Assembly (NCBI RefSeq): GCF_024521635.1
Contig: NW_026250419.1
Location: 248,001-312,000, forward strand
Origin: Tricharina praecox
Lineage: Eukaryota
Length of the DNA: 64,000 nucleotides
Direction of reading: 5' to 3'
Each line of letters begins with the position of its first letter. Positions within the stretch are counted from its first letter, which is position 1. Shown piece by piece: positions 49,613-63,059 of this stretch. The position numbers and the translations under genes were made by a program. Below the pieces are notes generated by a model that saw only the letters and a program-made list of their open reading frames with translations, was not told the DNA's origin and did no database searches.

Positions 49613-52600
49613 CTAAGCAGTCCAGTCCAGTCCGGGCAAGCTTGTCCGTCCCCCGTCCCCCGCCCCCCCGTCCCGGTGCCGGTACCGGTGCATAGCGGTA
49701 CATACCGAACTCCCGAACTACCCGTTCCCGTTCCCGTTCCCGTTCCATCCGGGTCCCACTGCCCCAGCCGTTCCTCGGCAGTATGTAACGAAGCTTCCAA
49801 CTACTCACCTACATAGCCCCAGTGCAAAGCTCAAGTAGTGGAACCGTGGAACCGTAAGAGTAAGACGTCCTCCAACAGTCCGACCTCCAAGCCACGTACT
49901 ACCGGTACTATATATTCAGAACCCTTCAATGCAACTATCCACCGAGCTTGCCGGTCCAGTCCGGTCCACGGCAGGCAGGCAGGAGAGAGAGAGAGAGAAT
50001 ATCTGCCTAGCTGCCGTCCTACATACATACAAGGTAGGTACATACCGGAGTTTTTCTGCTTCCGAAGGCTATGACAGCGCAAATCCACGCATGCACCTCT
50101 ACCGTACATGTGAAGAACCCGCTGTTGCGGCCCGCAGGTTAGTTGGTTAGTTGGTTCCTCCGCAGGGCTGGTTCTTTAAGGTGGTAGGTATGATACCTAC
50201 CCAGGTAAGTAGGTGGTCGCGTGAGTCGAAACAACCGCGAAAGATCTCGACCTGCCGGCGAGTACCGTACTACCTACCATAGCTTACGGTTAGTAATGGG
50301 TCCTTTCCCGTCGGGCAGGCGGACGGGCAGGAGGAGGCTCCCGTCCTCCTCCTCGGAATATCCTCGAGTCTCTACCTAGCACCCGGTACATACTACGATG
50401 TAGTACGTACCATCTATCTTTGGGCCATTAGGCCTTTGGCGCCGGCGTAACCACCCAGACCAAGCCCTGACTCTGACTCCTCTCCGTTCCAATGTTGACC
50501 CACCGTACCTACCGCACCTTCTCGCGTAGAGTACGGCAGGTAGGTAGGTGGTAGCCTGTATGTAGGTACTGTGAAATCCTCCACAGGGAACACCCCGGAT
50601 CCCACGAACGCGGAGCGTTTTCGTACCGTACCGTACTATATCTACCGGTAGAGTGGACTTGTCTACATAGGATTGCGATCGCACCCACAGGCTGCATAGA
50701 GTGCTCGCGAGTCGCTACTAGAGTAACTATGGGTATCCAATGTCCATCAGTGGTTGAAGGTTTTCCCCAGCTCCGGCTCGGGCTCCAGATATATCATATA
50801 TACCCTCGAAGCCGTGCCGTCCGTCAATACCGGTAGATATCAGACCTCTCTTGCTTCCGGACACTTCACTGCCGGGAATAAAGGGAGGCCGAGACATACT
50901 TTGCAGTTGGACTTCCGCCCGCGGCCGGGCTCGATATCGGGATACACACCGAGGACCCCTACATAGGTGCTTATTTCGTGCAATGTGGCCCATATATGTA
51001 GGGGAGTACCGAGCAGCTGCTGGGTAAGCTGGATGGCCGGCGCTGCGAGAGTGATGTGACCTGTACTGGTACTACCTACTACAGGTCGTGGTCCGCTCGG
51101 ATTATCCATTCACACGTGTAACCCCGTCCCCGCCCCCCCCCCCCCCGTCCCCCCCCCTCACCCCTTCTGTCCGGAGTATGCATGCACACGGTGGGTAGAG
51201 TATTTATCTGTCGAGGGGAAAGAAAAAACCTTCCTTGTCGTGTCGTGGAGTGGTGGAGCATTCGTGGTACCCGTCTGTCTGTCCGTCCGTCTGTTCCAGC
51301 AGTCGTAGAATACTCATCATAGATTGTGCAGTGGGCACCAACTTCCAAGCGTGCACCAAGCGTGTGCAGCAGCGTGCAGTGCAGCTGTGAAGTGTGCATG
51401 CTCGCTCGTTGCGAACCACCGGCAGATACCGTATCTTTCGGTTCGAGTTTCGATAGATATTGGGGTTTCTCCAGGCTCCAGGCTGCATGATTTATCCGAG
51501 AAACAACCGCAACCTAACCCCAACACAAGCCAACCAAACACAACCAAACCAATTAAATCCAAGCCAACCAAACACAACCCAACCCAACACAGCTCAGGCA
51601 AACACAAACGGAACTTTCAAAGCTCGTTCGTCGGCAGCAGCTGCTAGAGTGTGCATCATTCGATGAAGGTGTGTATCAGCTCGCCAGGTAGTTACAGCCA
51701 CTCGAGGGCGCCGAGGCACATGGCAGTTATCCACGATGTGTGTGTGAGCGTGTGTGTGTGAGCGTGTGTGTGTGTGAGCGTGCATATCCAAGCCGCACCT
51801 TCAAATATATTTTTCTCTTCCCTTCCCTTTTCTTCCCTTCCCCTTTTCTTCCCTGGACGTTTGCAGTTCGTGCAGTCCGTGCAGTCCGTGCAGTTACATA
51901 GGAAAGCCGAGTTTCAGGTTGGATGTCCGATGGATGGCTGTTTGCGGCGGTGTGTGTGAAGAGAAACAGAAAAAAAAGTTGCACCCACCCACCCACCCAC
52001 CATAGTAGTTTTTGTGTAGAGTTTTTATGTAGAGTATGCATGGCTTTCACGCCGCACGGAACGGAAAGGGTTGCATTCGTCGCATCGCATCGGTGGGATC
52101 GAAACCGCCAAACGAAACGAACGGACAGAAACGAAACAGAATCCGCACTTTGGGCGCATATAGAGTAGCCTTGGCGCGAGTGACCTATAAGTTACCGTAG
52201 GAGGATATGGTGCCCGGAGTACCTCCGCTGCTCCGTGTATCGAGCGTATCGAGTATATTCGCGGCCCGAACCTCCAAAATGAAATCGAGTCGAGTTGGGT
52301 TCGAACCCCTTCTCTAGAAACTTCGGCCCGGACAGACAGACTCCACTCCATATACTATTTAACAAACACACGTTTGCCTATCCATCGCCAGGCGGCAGGC
52401 CTGTTTACGAACGTCTCTGATCGTTGCTCATTGATGATCAGAGTCCTGACGGATGCACGGAACCGCACTCCGGCGCCGGGTCGGTTCTCACCGCTTACTG
52501 CTCTATCTCCCGCTCCCTTCCAGCTCCCGCTCCAGCAACAGCTCCAGCGTCAGCGCCGGTGGCCCAGTCGGTCGGTCGGCCCAAGCAGTCGACACCACCT

Positions 52601-54420
52601 CTCATACGCCCAACTTTTTTGTGTCCCAGGGCTAGCGAAAAACATTCAACACACCCCGACTTCAATACCCAACCCTCAACCCGCCGGGCGGCTGGGCTGC
52701 TATCGACAATTGTTGGATCATGGATGACCTCCAGAGGGAGTCCGTTCACAGTTCAGAGCCTTCCCTGCCAAGTTGCCATGCACACATTGCTCGCGTTGCC
52801 CGCATGCATTGCATTACCGAGTCGACTCACGGCTTGGACAGGGGATGTCTTACTCTACTCTACTATGGAGCCGATAATGCTCCATCGGTGTGGAAATTTC
52901 TTCCTTGAGTTTCTTTGCTTTTTCTTGATGGATACTTCGATGGATATTCCGGCTGGCTGTGGAACGCTGGGACTGGGGGCAAGGACAGGGCATACAGGAA
53001 CCTGGGACGAGACGCGTGGGAGTCGGAGGCGGAGGCGGAAAAGGAGCGAGGGTCGAGGGTCGGGGGTTGAGGATCGGGGGTCGAGGGCCGGCAGAGGAAT
53101 GGAAGGGAAGGGAAGGGAAGGTATGGGAAGGTAAGGGGAAGCTCTTAGCAGAAAGAGCTCGCTGCTCGGTGGGGGCTGGGTGAGATTGCAAGGCTTGGGT
53201 TGGGTTGGGAAGTTGGGAAGTTGGGAGTTGGGATCTGAATCCATCTATCTACCTCCTCAACAACTACGGTACTCGGGCACAACAACCCGGAGGAGAAGCC
53301 GGACTCACCGAAGTGGAGCCCTACCTTGGTACCTACCTCCCTAGTGTGGCGTGTGTGGTGACCTCGGCGGCGGCGGAGAAGCCTTCTCGAAGGGGAGGAG
53401 GAGGCGTGGATTCTCTTCCAAGTTCCTTGGTCCATGTCTCCTCCCTTTCCAGTGTCCACTGGTACTCACCTCTGAGTAGCGCCACTTTGCTGAGATTGAT
53501 ATTCCAAGACGAGGACGAGTGCCATGATGGTTATGCCTCGTCTCGCGGGATTGGTTCATGCCCATACAAGCCAATCTGTCGGTCTGTCGGTCCACCCAAT
53601 CGTCTAGGTAGGCAGAGGCCAGTAGCCAGTAACCGCGGCCGGGGCGAAATCGTCGATATCGATTCGACATCGACATCGATTCATCGAGATGAGCAACTAC
53701 TGTGCGGTCGATGCCCTCCGACCCCAGAGCTACTCTATTGCTGGTCCGCCCCAAGTTCCCCTCTCCCCCTTTCAAAGACCCGGCCCCCGGGGCCCAGGAA
53801 CCACTCGCTTGTCTCCTTTCCCCTCCTTTCCGCGCACGCAGGTACACAAGTACATACCGGGCAACGACGATGTCGCTTCTGCGCCATGTACTCCGCACGC
53901 ACACACGCACGCACACACGCATCGCTCGGAGAATATTCTGTTCCAGATCGGTGATTGCTGCACGGTATCATACTAGTGATAGATAGTATGTAGGCATCAC
54001 CGAGCTCTGGCAGACCACTGAGAGGACGTTGCGGTCCTGCGGAGGCTACATACGGTTGGGAGGCGGCCGCCGCAGTAACCATAGTTGGATCCAGTAGATA
54101 TGTACATATAAAACAACTCTGCGCCCCATGCCCGGCCCAGGCAGAGCACCGCTTCCTGCAGAAACCCGCCGCCATGTATACATATGCGTTCGGCCGGTCG
54201 GCGACGGAGGCCGAGGGACGGACACGGAGCGTTCGACGGATAGACAGACAGCAGTTCGAAGAACCCGACCAACTGCGTTGCAGACGTGTCCTCCGCTCCC
54301 TCCAGTGCCGTGACCGGAATACCGGTATCTCGATCCAATGTTGCGATCGGAGGAAACCCAACAACATTGCACTCGGGCACTCAGCCCGCCACGACGAGCA
54401 TTATACTATGTACACTACAA

Positions 54421-56055
54421 TTAAATATCTCCGTGCCCCTCCTCCTCACCGACCACTCCCAAGTCAGGGCCTGGGCCATTTCCCATTTGGCTGATCTTCC
54501 TATCGAACTCCCTCATGCGCAGCTGGAATTCCCTCAACCGCAGCTGGAATTCCTGGTCCAGTCTTCGCTCCTGCATCAACCGCAGTTCGTGCTGATTCCT
54601 CTCGCGCTCTGCGGCTAGTCGTCGGTCCTCTCGATCTCTCTCCTTGATATACTCCAGCCTTTCCCGCTCCTGTACCAACCGCTGCATTGCCAGCGACTCG
54701 AGTGCCTCTGCCTCCAGCGAAGTGGCCTTTCTCTTAGCAGCCTTCCTCCCGCGGCCGTTCTGTTGGGATACCTTCCTCTTTCTTGGCCCTCTAGCTGGTG
54801 GGCGATAATCAGCTTCCAGTTCAGAAAAGCCGTCACTGTCGCTCTCGCTTCCAGAGCTGATGGAATGCAACTCTTCCACCCCGTAGATGAGGTTGCGGCC
54901 GGGGATGCCACTGCCGCCGCTTTCAGATACGAAGGGAGCGTGGGGTATCATGTCATCCTGTAGGATTCCCGGTGCGAAGGGGGCGTGGGGTCTTCTGCGA
55001 TTCTGTAGGTTTCCAGATATGAAGGGAGGGCGGGGGGGTCTTCTGGGTACGATTTCAGGTACGAACGGAGCGAGCAATTTGTCTTTTGTTATGATTTCAT
55101 CAATCAAGCGGTAGTCTGGACACATTTTATTTAACCAGCCTATTTGTTCATTAGTCAATTGCGCAATACGTAACCTGCAGGAGGGAAAACTTACCGTTCT
55201 CCATGGAAACCCATTGTCGTTCAGTTTTGGCGCCTTCGCCTACCCGCCGTCGCGCCTGCTCGTATCGCCTCTTCAAATCGGCCCACTGAGCCTTGATCGC
55301 TTTCGCCGACCGCGTACCGAAGAAGGGTCCCGTGTCGAGCGCAAGATCGTTCCACACCCTTTTCGCCGAGTTTCTCAATTGATGGTAGTTATCCCAGTCA
55401 CCCAGAAACCCCAGCAGCACCAGTCGTTCCTCCTTCGACCACTTGCATTTTCGCTTTATCCCGATCTTGTCTTCCGGCATATGTAATCGCCGGTTCGCAA
55501 GCGCTTTCAGCTCTTCGGGGATGTCGCGTACAAGCTTTTCCGGCGACGAGCTCCGGTCCGATATCACTTGCGGCGGTGTACTCGGTCTTGTGGATCCTTC
55601 TGTTATATACGCGTTTGAAATCAGCACTGCCAACCAACCAACAATTGCCATCGGGGGAAAAAACCATTCGACTCCGCCGTCCGAAATACCGGCCGCAGCT
55701 GCGACTGAAACTGCGACTGCATGCCTGCCGCATCTCCCACCGTCCCCGCGACCACGCTCTGCCCACTGTCACTGGGCGTAGCCGTTGCCCCCGCTCTTTC
55801 TCGGTGTCCCCCCTCCCGGTCTCCCGCGATCCTCGGCACACTCTCACGAGTAGTAGTAGCCGGCCCCCCCGCTCCTCCTCCTCCTTCCCGGTCTCCCGTA
55901 GCACCCGCCACCACCACCCCCACCCCCACCCCCACCCCCGGCGGCGCAACCATCTGCTCTCCTACTCCCTCTATCGGAGCAGGCAGCAGCCGTCGCTGCT
56001 GCTGCAGCGAGGAGCTGGACATGACGCGCGAGTAGTAGGATCTGTACTCCGGCAT
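54421..56055 (-). CDS. Myb/SANT-like (trihelix-type) DNA-binding protein with C-terminal coiled coil, up to ~504 aa
   Basis: Proposed exons 56055-55665, 55599-55195, 55139-54421. Trp-spaced KWSKEE...VWNDLA...RSAKAIKAQWADLKRRY, then CPDYRLIDEII; NLS-like RGPRKRK; E/R/Q-rich coiled coil. Intron 2 (GTAAGT...ACTAAT...TAG) is strong; exon 1 and its GTTTTT donor are tentative. Confidence 0.72.
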
Positions 56056-59000
56056 AAGTATGGAGTCGCGTTAGTTACTATAGTCTTTGCGCCCGCCGAC
56101 CGGTGTCACGACACGGCACTGACTGTAAAACAAGACTTGCCGTTCGTTGCACTGGAGGGTCTTGCAAGCCGCCGCTGCAAGGTGGTATAGAGGGTAGAAA
56201 GAAAGAAAGGGTCTGCGATGAGGGGGAAAAAATCGATAGGGAGGGTGGGTGCCCGTCGTCTCGTCGCAGTGCGTGTAGAAGAGGCGTTCAGGGTTGACTA
56301 GAGGACATAAGCCCGGCCCAGCCCCAGCCAAGTTTTCAGTTCCCAGCCCAATGCCCCCAAAGGGCAAAGTAAGCGGCTGGGCGGCCGCACTCATTGGTCG
56401 GTTGCGAAAAGCGGGTTTCCGGCCTGCCCCGAGTCACCCAGCTGGGTTTGAGGACCTCTTCTGTATAAGATGAAGTAGGTACATAATGTAGAGTAACTAC
56501 CATCGCGAGACTGGCTATATAAAGAAGCAGGCAGTGAGAGACCTCCGACGAGTACGGACAACTGGTGAGACTGATTCAATTGACTATATAAAAGCGGCAA
56601 GAAAGAAAAGCCGCCTCTGCGGTGGTGGATAATGTCTAACGCCTGATGTATTGAACCACAGACCGACGTCCGACTACCTATCATAACGAACACGAAACCA
56701 GCAACAGAGAACAGAACAACTCAACGTTGAGACAACCGCATAGGGTCTGCCCGCCATCACACCTTGGTCCCACAGTAGAGTAGTTACCAACGGCCTCCAA
56801 GGCTCCAAGCACTGCGCCAAACATGCAGCCCGGACGCCATGCAGCAACGAGGTTCCGTGAGCGGCCCCCAGTAGTGATCAAGGGCTTGCGGGCATACGGG
56901 CGTACCTGCATACTGCTGCACGGAAGGCTCCCCTCCAGGAGTAGGCAGTGGGCCACAAGGCTTCAGCCATTGCCTTGCCTGGCCACGAAAAGAAAAAAGG
57001 CCGTCCCTTGCAGCCTTCCGCAAACACTCCCACCGTCCCACAAACGCCACGACACTACGGCGCCACGGCCCACGACCCACGGCCAGGCGGTCGATGTCCG
57101 AGTCCGGGAGTCCGGACCTGCGACTCGCGAGGCTGCGGCCGCCGGCTACTGGATTTCGGGCATGGCTTTATATTTCCTTGCACTTTGTTACCTATCAAGT
57201 TCACATCATGTGACGCGGCTGCAACCATCAACGCCGTCCATGGTCTGCCATAAAGCCAGGGACTATATTCTACTCTTTTATGAAGATAGTAATAGCCCTG
57301 TGCCTCATGTAAACACCAGCAGCGCCACGGCAGCCCAAGCCCGACTCCCACGATGCATGGTCCATCTACGCCCACGCCCATGATCCGCGCCTTGACCCTC
57401 AGCGGCAGACTCCAGACTCCAGTCGCACCACGTCACTGCGTCTACCTCCACCTCCAGCTCCACCTCCACCACCATGTAACCAGGCCAACCCTCGCCGCGG
57501 TAGTTAGTTGTCTCGCTATACCTATTACCTAGGCGACGATGCGATTTGATCCCAACTCCAATCGAGCCCCGCCGCCCCGCCGCCCCGCCGCCCCGCTGCC
57601 CCAGCCACGAGTCCACGACATATATGATATATAAAACCCCCGTGGGCCTCGTGGGGGCCATTGGAACTACTCTGCCACTCTATGCGTGGATCTATGCGTG
57701 GAACATCGCTGGGTACTCTACTCTATGCGTTGCAGATAACTACTACCTATCCCTACATACCCGACCGCAGTACCGGGCTGCCTATAGATACACGTGAGGC
57801 GTGCGTGCGTCTATGTAGTATGTACCAGTACGTCATTGGGGATTGCGCTATTCTTAGGAACCTCAAGCTCATGCTCATGCTCTCAGCCTCTCAGCTTACT
57901 GAGTATTGGTGCTGGACTTCGCCAGCCTATTTCATGCCATGCGGTTTTAGCTATACTATAGCATTACTGACAATGCCCGTTTCGAATGCAAATACTCGAA
58001 GAAATTGGAATTGCCCCGTTCCCGTTCTCGTTCTTGTCGGTACCGTACGGTGTACTCCGGTTCCTGAGGTCTCAGCCACACGGAATGGAAGTTTAAGCCT
58101 CTCGAGCTGAGCTCTAGAATGCCGTGCGGCCATACAGGAGTCAGGACAGGTCGAGTCAGGTTCTATTCCAGAATGCATGTACTAAATACAAAGTACAGTA
58201 CATCTGCACCATGTTCTGCATCCCCTCCCACCCGGCCATCGAGCTCGACGAATCCTTCGTCCAGGTCACCGCGGCGTGCGTGCGTGCGTGCGTTGTGATC
58301 GTGATCGTGCATTACATTGTCTCGTCGGGGAGGGGGGGGGATGATTCGTCGCCGTCGGGGAGGGGATGGGAGGGGAGGGAGGGGGAATCAGCTGCTGCTG
58401 CCCCGCCGATTTACGCAGCTGGGTAGGTAGGCAGTTGCTACCAGCCCACGTTGCTGCAAGTATCTAGCATAGGGAGCGGGATTTAGTTGGCTGCGGATAT
58501 TAAAAGGTGCGGTATAGGCGGCACCTTCTCAGCACCACCAGCACCCACCGCCGCCACCACCCAGCAGCAGCACCACGGCAGGGTCCGCGGCCTCCGCCGC
58601 AGGAAAACCACAGCGGGCCCAGACGAAACGGTGGCCAGCCAGCCAGCCAGCCAGTCAGAAACCGAGTCAGCCCAGCGCAGCTCCGCTCCGCTTTTGCTTT
58701 TGCTTTTCAATATGGACTGCGGGGTAGAAGAAACACCGAGCACCGTACAGCACATCGACGGCGGCCACACGAATGCTCGCCATCGCGATGCGCCGGGGGT
58801 AGGTGGTGTTTCTAGGCAGGCCGCCAGATCACCTCAGCTCAGCTCTACATACGCAATATGGAGGCCTCCTCCGGCGGGGAGGCAGGCAGGCAGGCAGGCA
58901 GGCAGGCACTCCACCTCGCCATCGGTCGCGGCCGCGAAACAGTCCTCTGTGATCACCGATACGAGTGCACATCGTTATCCTCAGGACAGGACATGGGAGA

Positions 59001-59800
59001 CGTCTAGAGTACCCCGCAATCTCGTTAATCTGCAATGCATGCGTGGCGGCTAGTGGGGTATGTAGCTAACGTGCCTGTAACCAACTGTGATCATCGTGCA
59101 TTGGCTATGATGGGGCGGAGGTAGCACGTGCGCGGGGGTGGGGAGAGGGGAGGGGAGGAGGGGGGAAGTGGGGAGAGGTGAGGTGGGCGCCGTCATGCCG
59201 GTGAGGCGTGCGGCGTGGGGCGGATAGCTGGATAGCTGGACACCTCGATTCGACGGTGACGCGCACGCAATATGCTTCGTGATGTGATCCTGACTGTAGG
59301 TCTGGGAGGGTGGGTGGACGAGTGGGCAAGCTTGGGCGGGTTCCAGTTCATGGCCAGAGCGAGACCGCAGTACGGTGCGGTGCATGTGCGCGGGTGATTG
59401 GGTGATTGGGTTGCCGGCCGCACTGCTTGCGGGGTCCAATTGTTGTTGCTGTTGCTGTTGTTGTCGTCCTCGTCCTCCTCGGCGGGCCCGCACGCACGCA
59501 AGACGGTCTGGTGATACACCTCACTGCACCAGTAACTAATCGGCGGGTGACAAGACACGAAAGCGGGGGGTGGGTGGGCGTGGGCGTGCCATTCTCCCGT
59601 CCCCCAGATCCTAGCATCTTCGCGAGCTTAACGAAACCTCACAGTGCACACCCCAGTTACCCCGCGCTCAACCGATCCTCCATTCCCGCCTTACACTATC
59701 ACAACCACCACGACCACCGCCACCACCACCACACAACCACCACACAACCACCACACAACCACCACAACCACAAACCAAACCACCAAAACGCGACATCACG

Positions 59801-60593
59801 ATGCTCGCCCTCCAACTTACCGCCGAGCTCACGGGGTGTGTACCTACCCACCTCCCCTCCCCTCCCCGCGCCCATGAGATGGAGTGCTGTGCTAACACCC
59901 CACGCACTTTCCAGGGTGACTGACCTCCGCCCCATGGACGTCGACGGCGACCCGTTCTACTACATGTTCAAGGTGTCATGTACGAGTTGCCGCGAGGTGC
60001 ACGACAACTGGATTGGCGTTACGCGCTTCGTACGTTGCGGGAGATCCCTTCCACGTGACCCCCTCCCCCCCTCCCACCCGCAGTGCTGATGCGTGAGGAA
60101 TAATATAGGAGACTAGGGAGATCACGGGCAGTCGCGGTGAGGCGAATTTCGTCTGGAGGTGTAAGACCTGTAAGGTGCTTTCTCCGCGTGTTGTTGCTGG
60201 GTGCTGGGGAAGAAGGGATGTGGTTGGTGTTGTGTTTGCTAACGATGTTTGCGCGCGCAGAGGGAGTCTTCGGCGAGTACGTCCTCCCCCGCTCCCCCAG
60301 CCACCCGCACCCCCACCCTAACTAACTCCTCCCCACGTGCAGTGATCAAATCCGAGCCCAAGCCGTACCAACACAGCGAGGTGCCCAAGCCCAAGAAGAT
60401 CCTAGAGCTCGAGTGCCGCGGCTGTGAGTTCGTCGAGTTCAAGCCGGAGGGGAACTGGGAGGCCAAGGGGCTCGACAGCAACACGCCGTTCAAGGAGATC
60501 GATCTCAACGAGGGAGACTGGTTTGATTACGACGAGAAGGCCGGCGCTGAGGTTTCGGTCAAGGATATGAAGTGGGAGGTCGTCAGGGGTTAG
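59801..60593 (+). CDS. CXXC-motif zinc-binding protein (CZIB / DUF866 / UPF0587 family), 160 aa
   Basis: Exons 59801-59835, 59915-60029, 60109-60174, 60261-60276, 60343-60593 give MLALQLTAELTGVTDLRP...FKVSCTSCREVH...GSRGEANFVWRCKTCKRESS...ECRGCEFVEFKPEG...DWFDYDEKAG. Confidence 0.92.
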
Positions 60594-62252
60594 AGTACTC
60601 TACTTGTGTAGGTAGGTAGGGAGGTAGCTTTGTGTAGGCCGGGACACGATACATACTCTACATGCTCTATGACATAGATACCTACGATACGATATCTACT
60701 CCACGAGAAAATTATATTCCTTTTCCGAACGAGTCGAGAGTGCAGAGGCGGGCAAGATAAGCTCGCATGCACCAGCCCATCGACGGCCAGCCAGCCAGCC
60801 AGCGAGCCAGACAGACAGACAGACGGCGGCCTGCTTTCTGCCTTACATGTACGGATCGCTCTCCGCCTTAGCTCCCCCCCATTCCCTCCCCCTGACCCAC
60901 CGCACCGTACCGTACCGTATGCCACAGGCCGCAGGCCGTCACTGCTCCTCCCTCCCACCAGACCAGCACCAGCACCAGACCAGCAGCAGACACCACCGAA
61001 CCTACGGGCTGGTATCTCCGTCCCCCTGCGTGCGCGGCAGGTCACAATGCACGTTTCCGCGCTGTGTCCAGGAATCCCCTAGGTATCTGCGGTGTCCCAG
61101 CTTCAGTTCCGGAGGGCTGAGTCTGTGAACACCGCGTTACTCTACGGGGGAGGACAGTGCGTATTTTTACCTGTGCTAGGTATGATATGCTAGGTAGATA
61201 TGCTACGCTTGTCCCGGCACTGTCCCGAGACAATGAGACATGCCGCGAGGGGATGTTCCAGCCTCCAGCCTCCAGCCTCCAGCCTTCAGCCCGCACGGCC
61301 GATTGTTGGAAGGTCGTGGAAGGTACTGGACGCGTCTAGAACGAAAGGGCAGGGGATGGTACCTTGATCTACGATAGCTACTACCTGCCCGTAGTAGCAG
61401 CTACACTACGTCACGGACGAGAGAGATATGTGTAGATAGCCGCAGCAGGCGAGTGATCGAAAGTGCATAGGCGCATAGGATATATGAAGTGGCTACAGCC
61501 TTTAACACAGCCACCGCGCACAACGAGAATAACCCCCCGCCTCCATCTCCACCTCCATCTCCATCCTATCTCCACCCCCCGTCAAACATTCATCGGCACC
61601 GGGTGGTATTGGGTCTGGGTTCAATTTTGGTATCCGAGTCTTCGGCCATGGCTACAGCGAGATACACTATGCTCAGGAAGATGATTTATTGACCTCAATC
61701 CTGCTGATGTATACAGATACGGATACCGTTGGGAGGATGAAGTGAGAGGGAAAATGGAGCTAAACATCTCCCTTTCGGTCCTTGGAACGGCTGTTTCCCA
61801 TTGCATGCAAACAAGCTCCAAGTCCGAACCCAATCCCAAAACCGCAAACCACACAACGCATCACAGCGCATCACTCATCACTCACTCACCTACTCATCAC
61901 CCACTCACACAACCATTCAGCATCCACTCCCAAAATCTCCAAATCTCCAAATCTTCATTCGTTTTCTGCCCCGTCTAGTATCCATACGTGATCACTAGAG
62001 GTAAACTATACACAACTCAACTCAAAGAAAATAACGACGACTTGACTTGACGACTACGCAGACAAAACATTTGTACGTCAATGCAGCGTGTACCAAAACC
62101 GCACATCCCTCGACGCTCGCTCGCTCTCAAGCAACACCCCGCGCCCTCGTCACCTCGTAACATCTCCAGAAGCAGAAGAGAAAAAAACAGATCATACCCA
62201 CCGCCTAGGCCAAGTTGCTTCCACCCCGCCATCCGCACAGCACTGACAGAAC

Positions 62253-63004
62253 CTACGCCATCAGCCTATTCCTCCTCCTCCAAGCGGCAATGAACTCAAT
62301 CTTCTCCTTCACGCCCAGATTCAACCTCTTGCTCCTACCAATTCTAGCCAAGGCCTCACTCCCGCGCTCACACACGCCATCTAAATCCTCATCCTCGTCC
62401 GCGTCGGCGACAGTATCCGAGCTCTCGCGCTCCCTCTCCTCCTCCTCGGAAGACCTGGACCTCCTGCGCTCGCCGCCGGCATCGTTATAGATCGTATCGC
62501 CGATACGCACGCGAATGCAGTGAGTCGGGCGCGAGAGCAAGCTCCACACGAACTTCTGGTAGGCACCGGGCACGGGCGTGGTGATGTCCGCGGGGGTGTA
62601 TTTCAGCGAGATCGGGAAGATCTTGACTTTTCTGGGAGCGGAGGCGAGGGCGGGGGTGAAGCGGAGGATTCCGCGGCCGTTGGTTGGTGTGGCCTCCGGG
62701 AACACGAGGATCGTGCGTGTTGGGTTCTGCGAGAGCAGGTCGGAGAGTGAGATTAGGTTCGCGGTTGACGAGGGCCGCAGGGTCGGCGTCGAGAAGTAGC
62801 GGAAGAGGAACGCGGGGAGAGATACCCGCTCGACGAGACGCGTGCTGGGGTATGAAGCTGTGAAGATCGGGTCGAAGATCGCGGAGAGGTAGATTGCGTC
62901 CAGCGGGGAGGTGTAGCTGGACAGGATTATGTTGCCTGGGCCTGGGAAGCGCGTCGCTTGTCGTGCTAGAGATCTGTTTCTCCCCCGTGTCAGCATCCAG
63001 CCTC

Positions 63005-63059
<55 letters not shown>

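Noticed and set aside
52293..52312. GGTTCGAACC B-box-like motif
   Set aside because: No T-stem, acceptor stem or A-box around it; not a tRNA.
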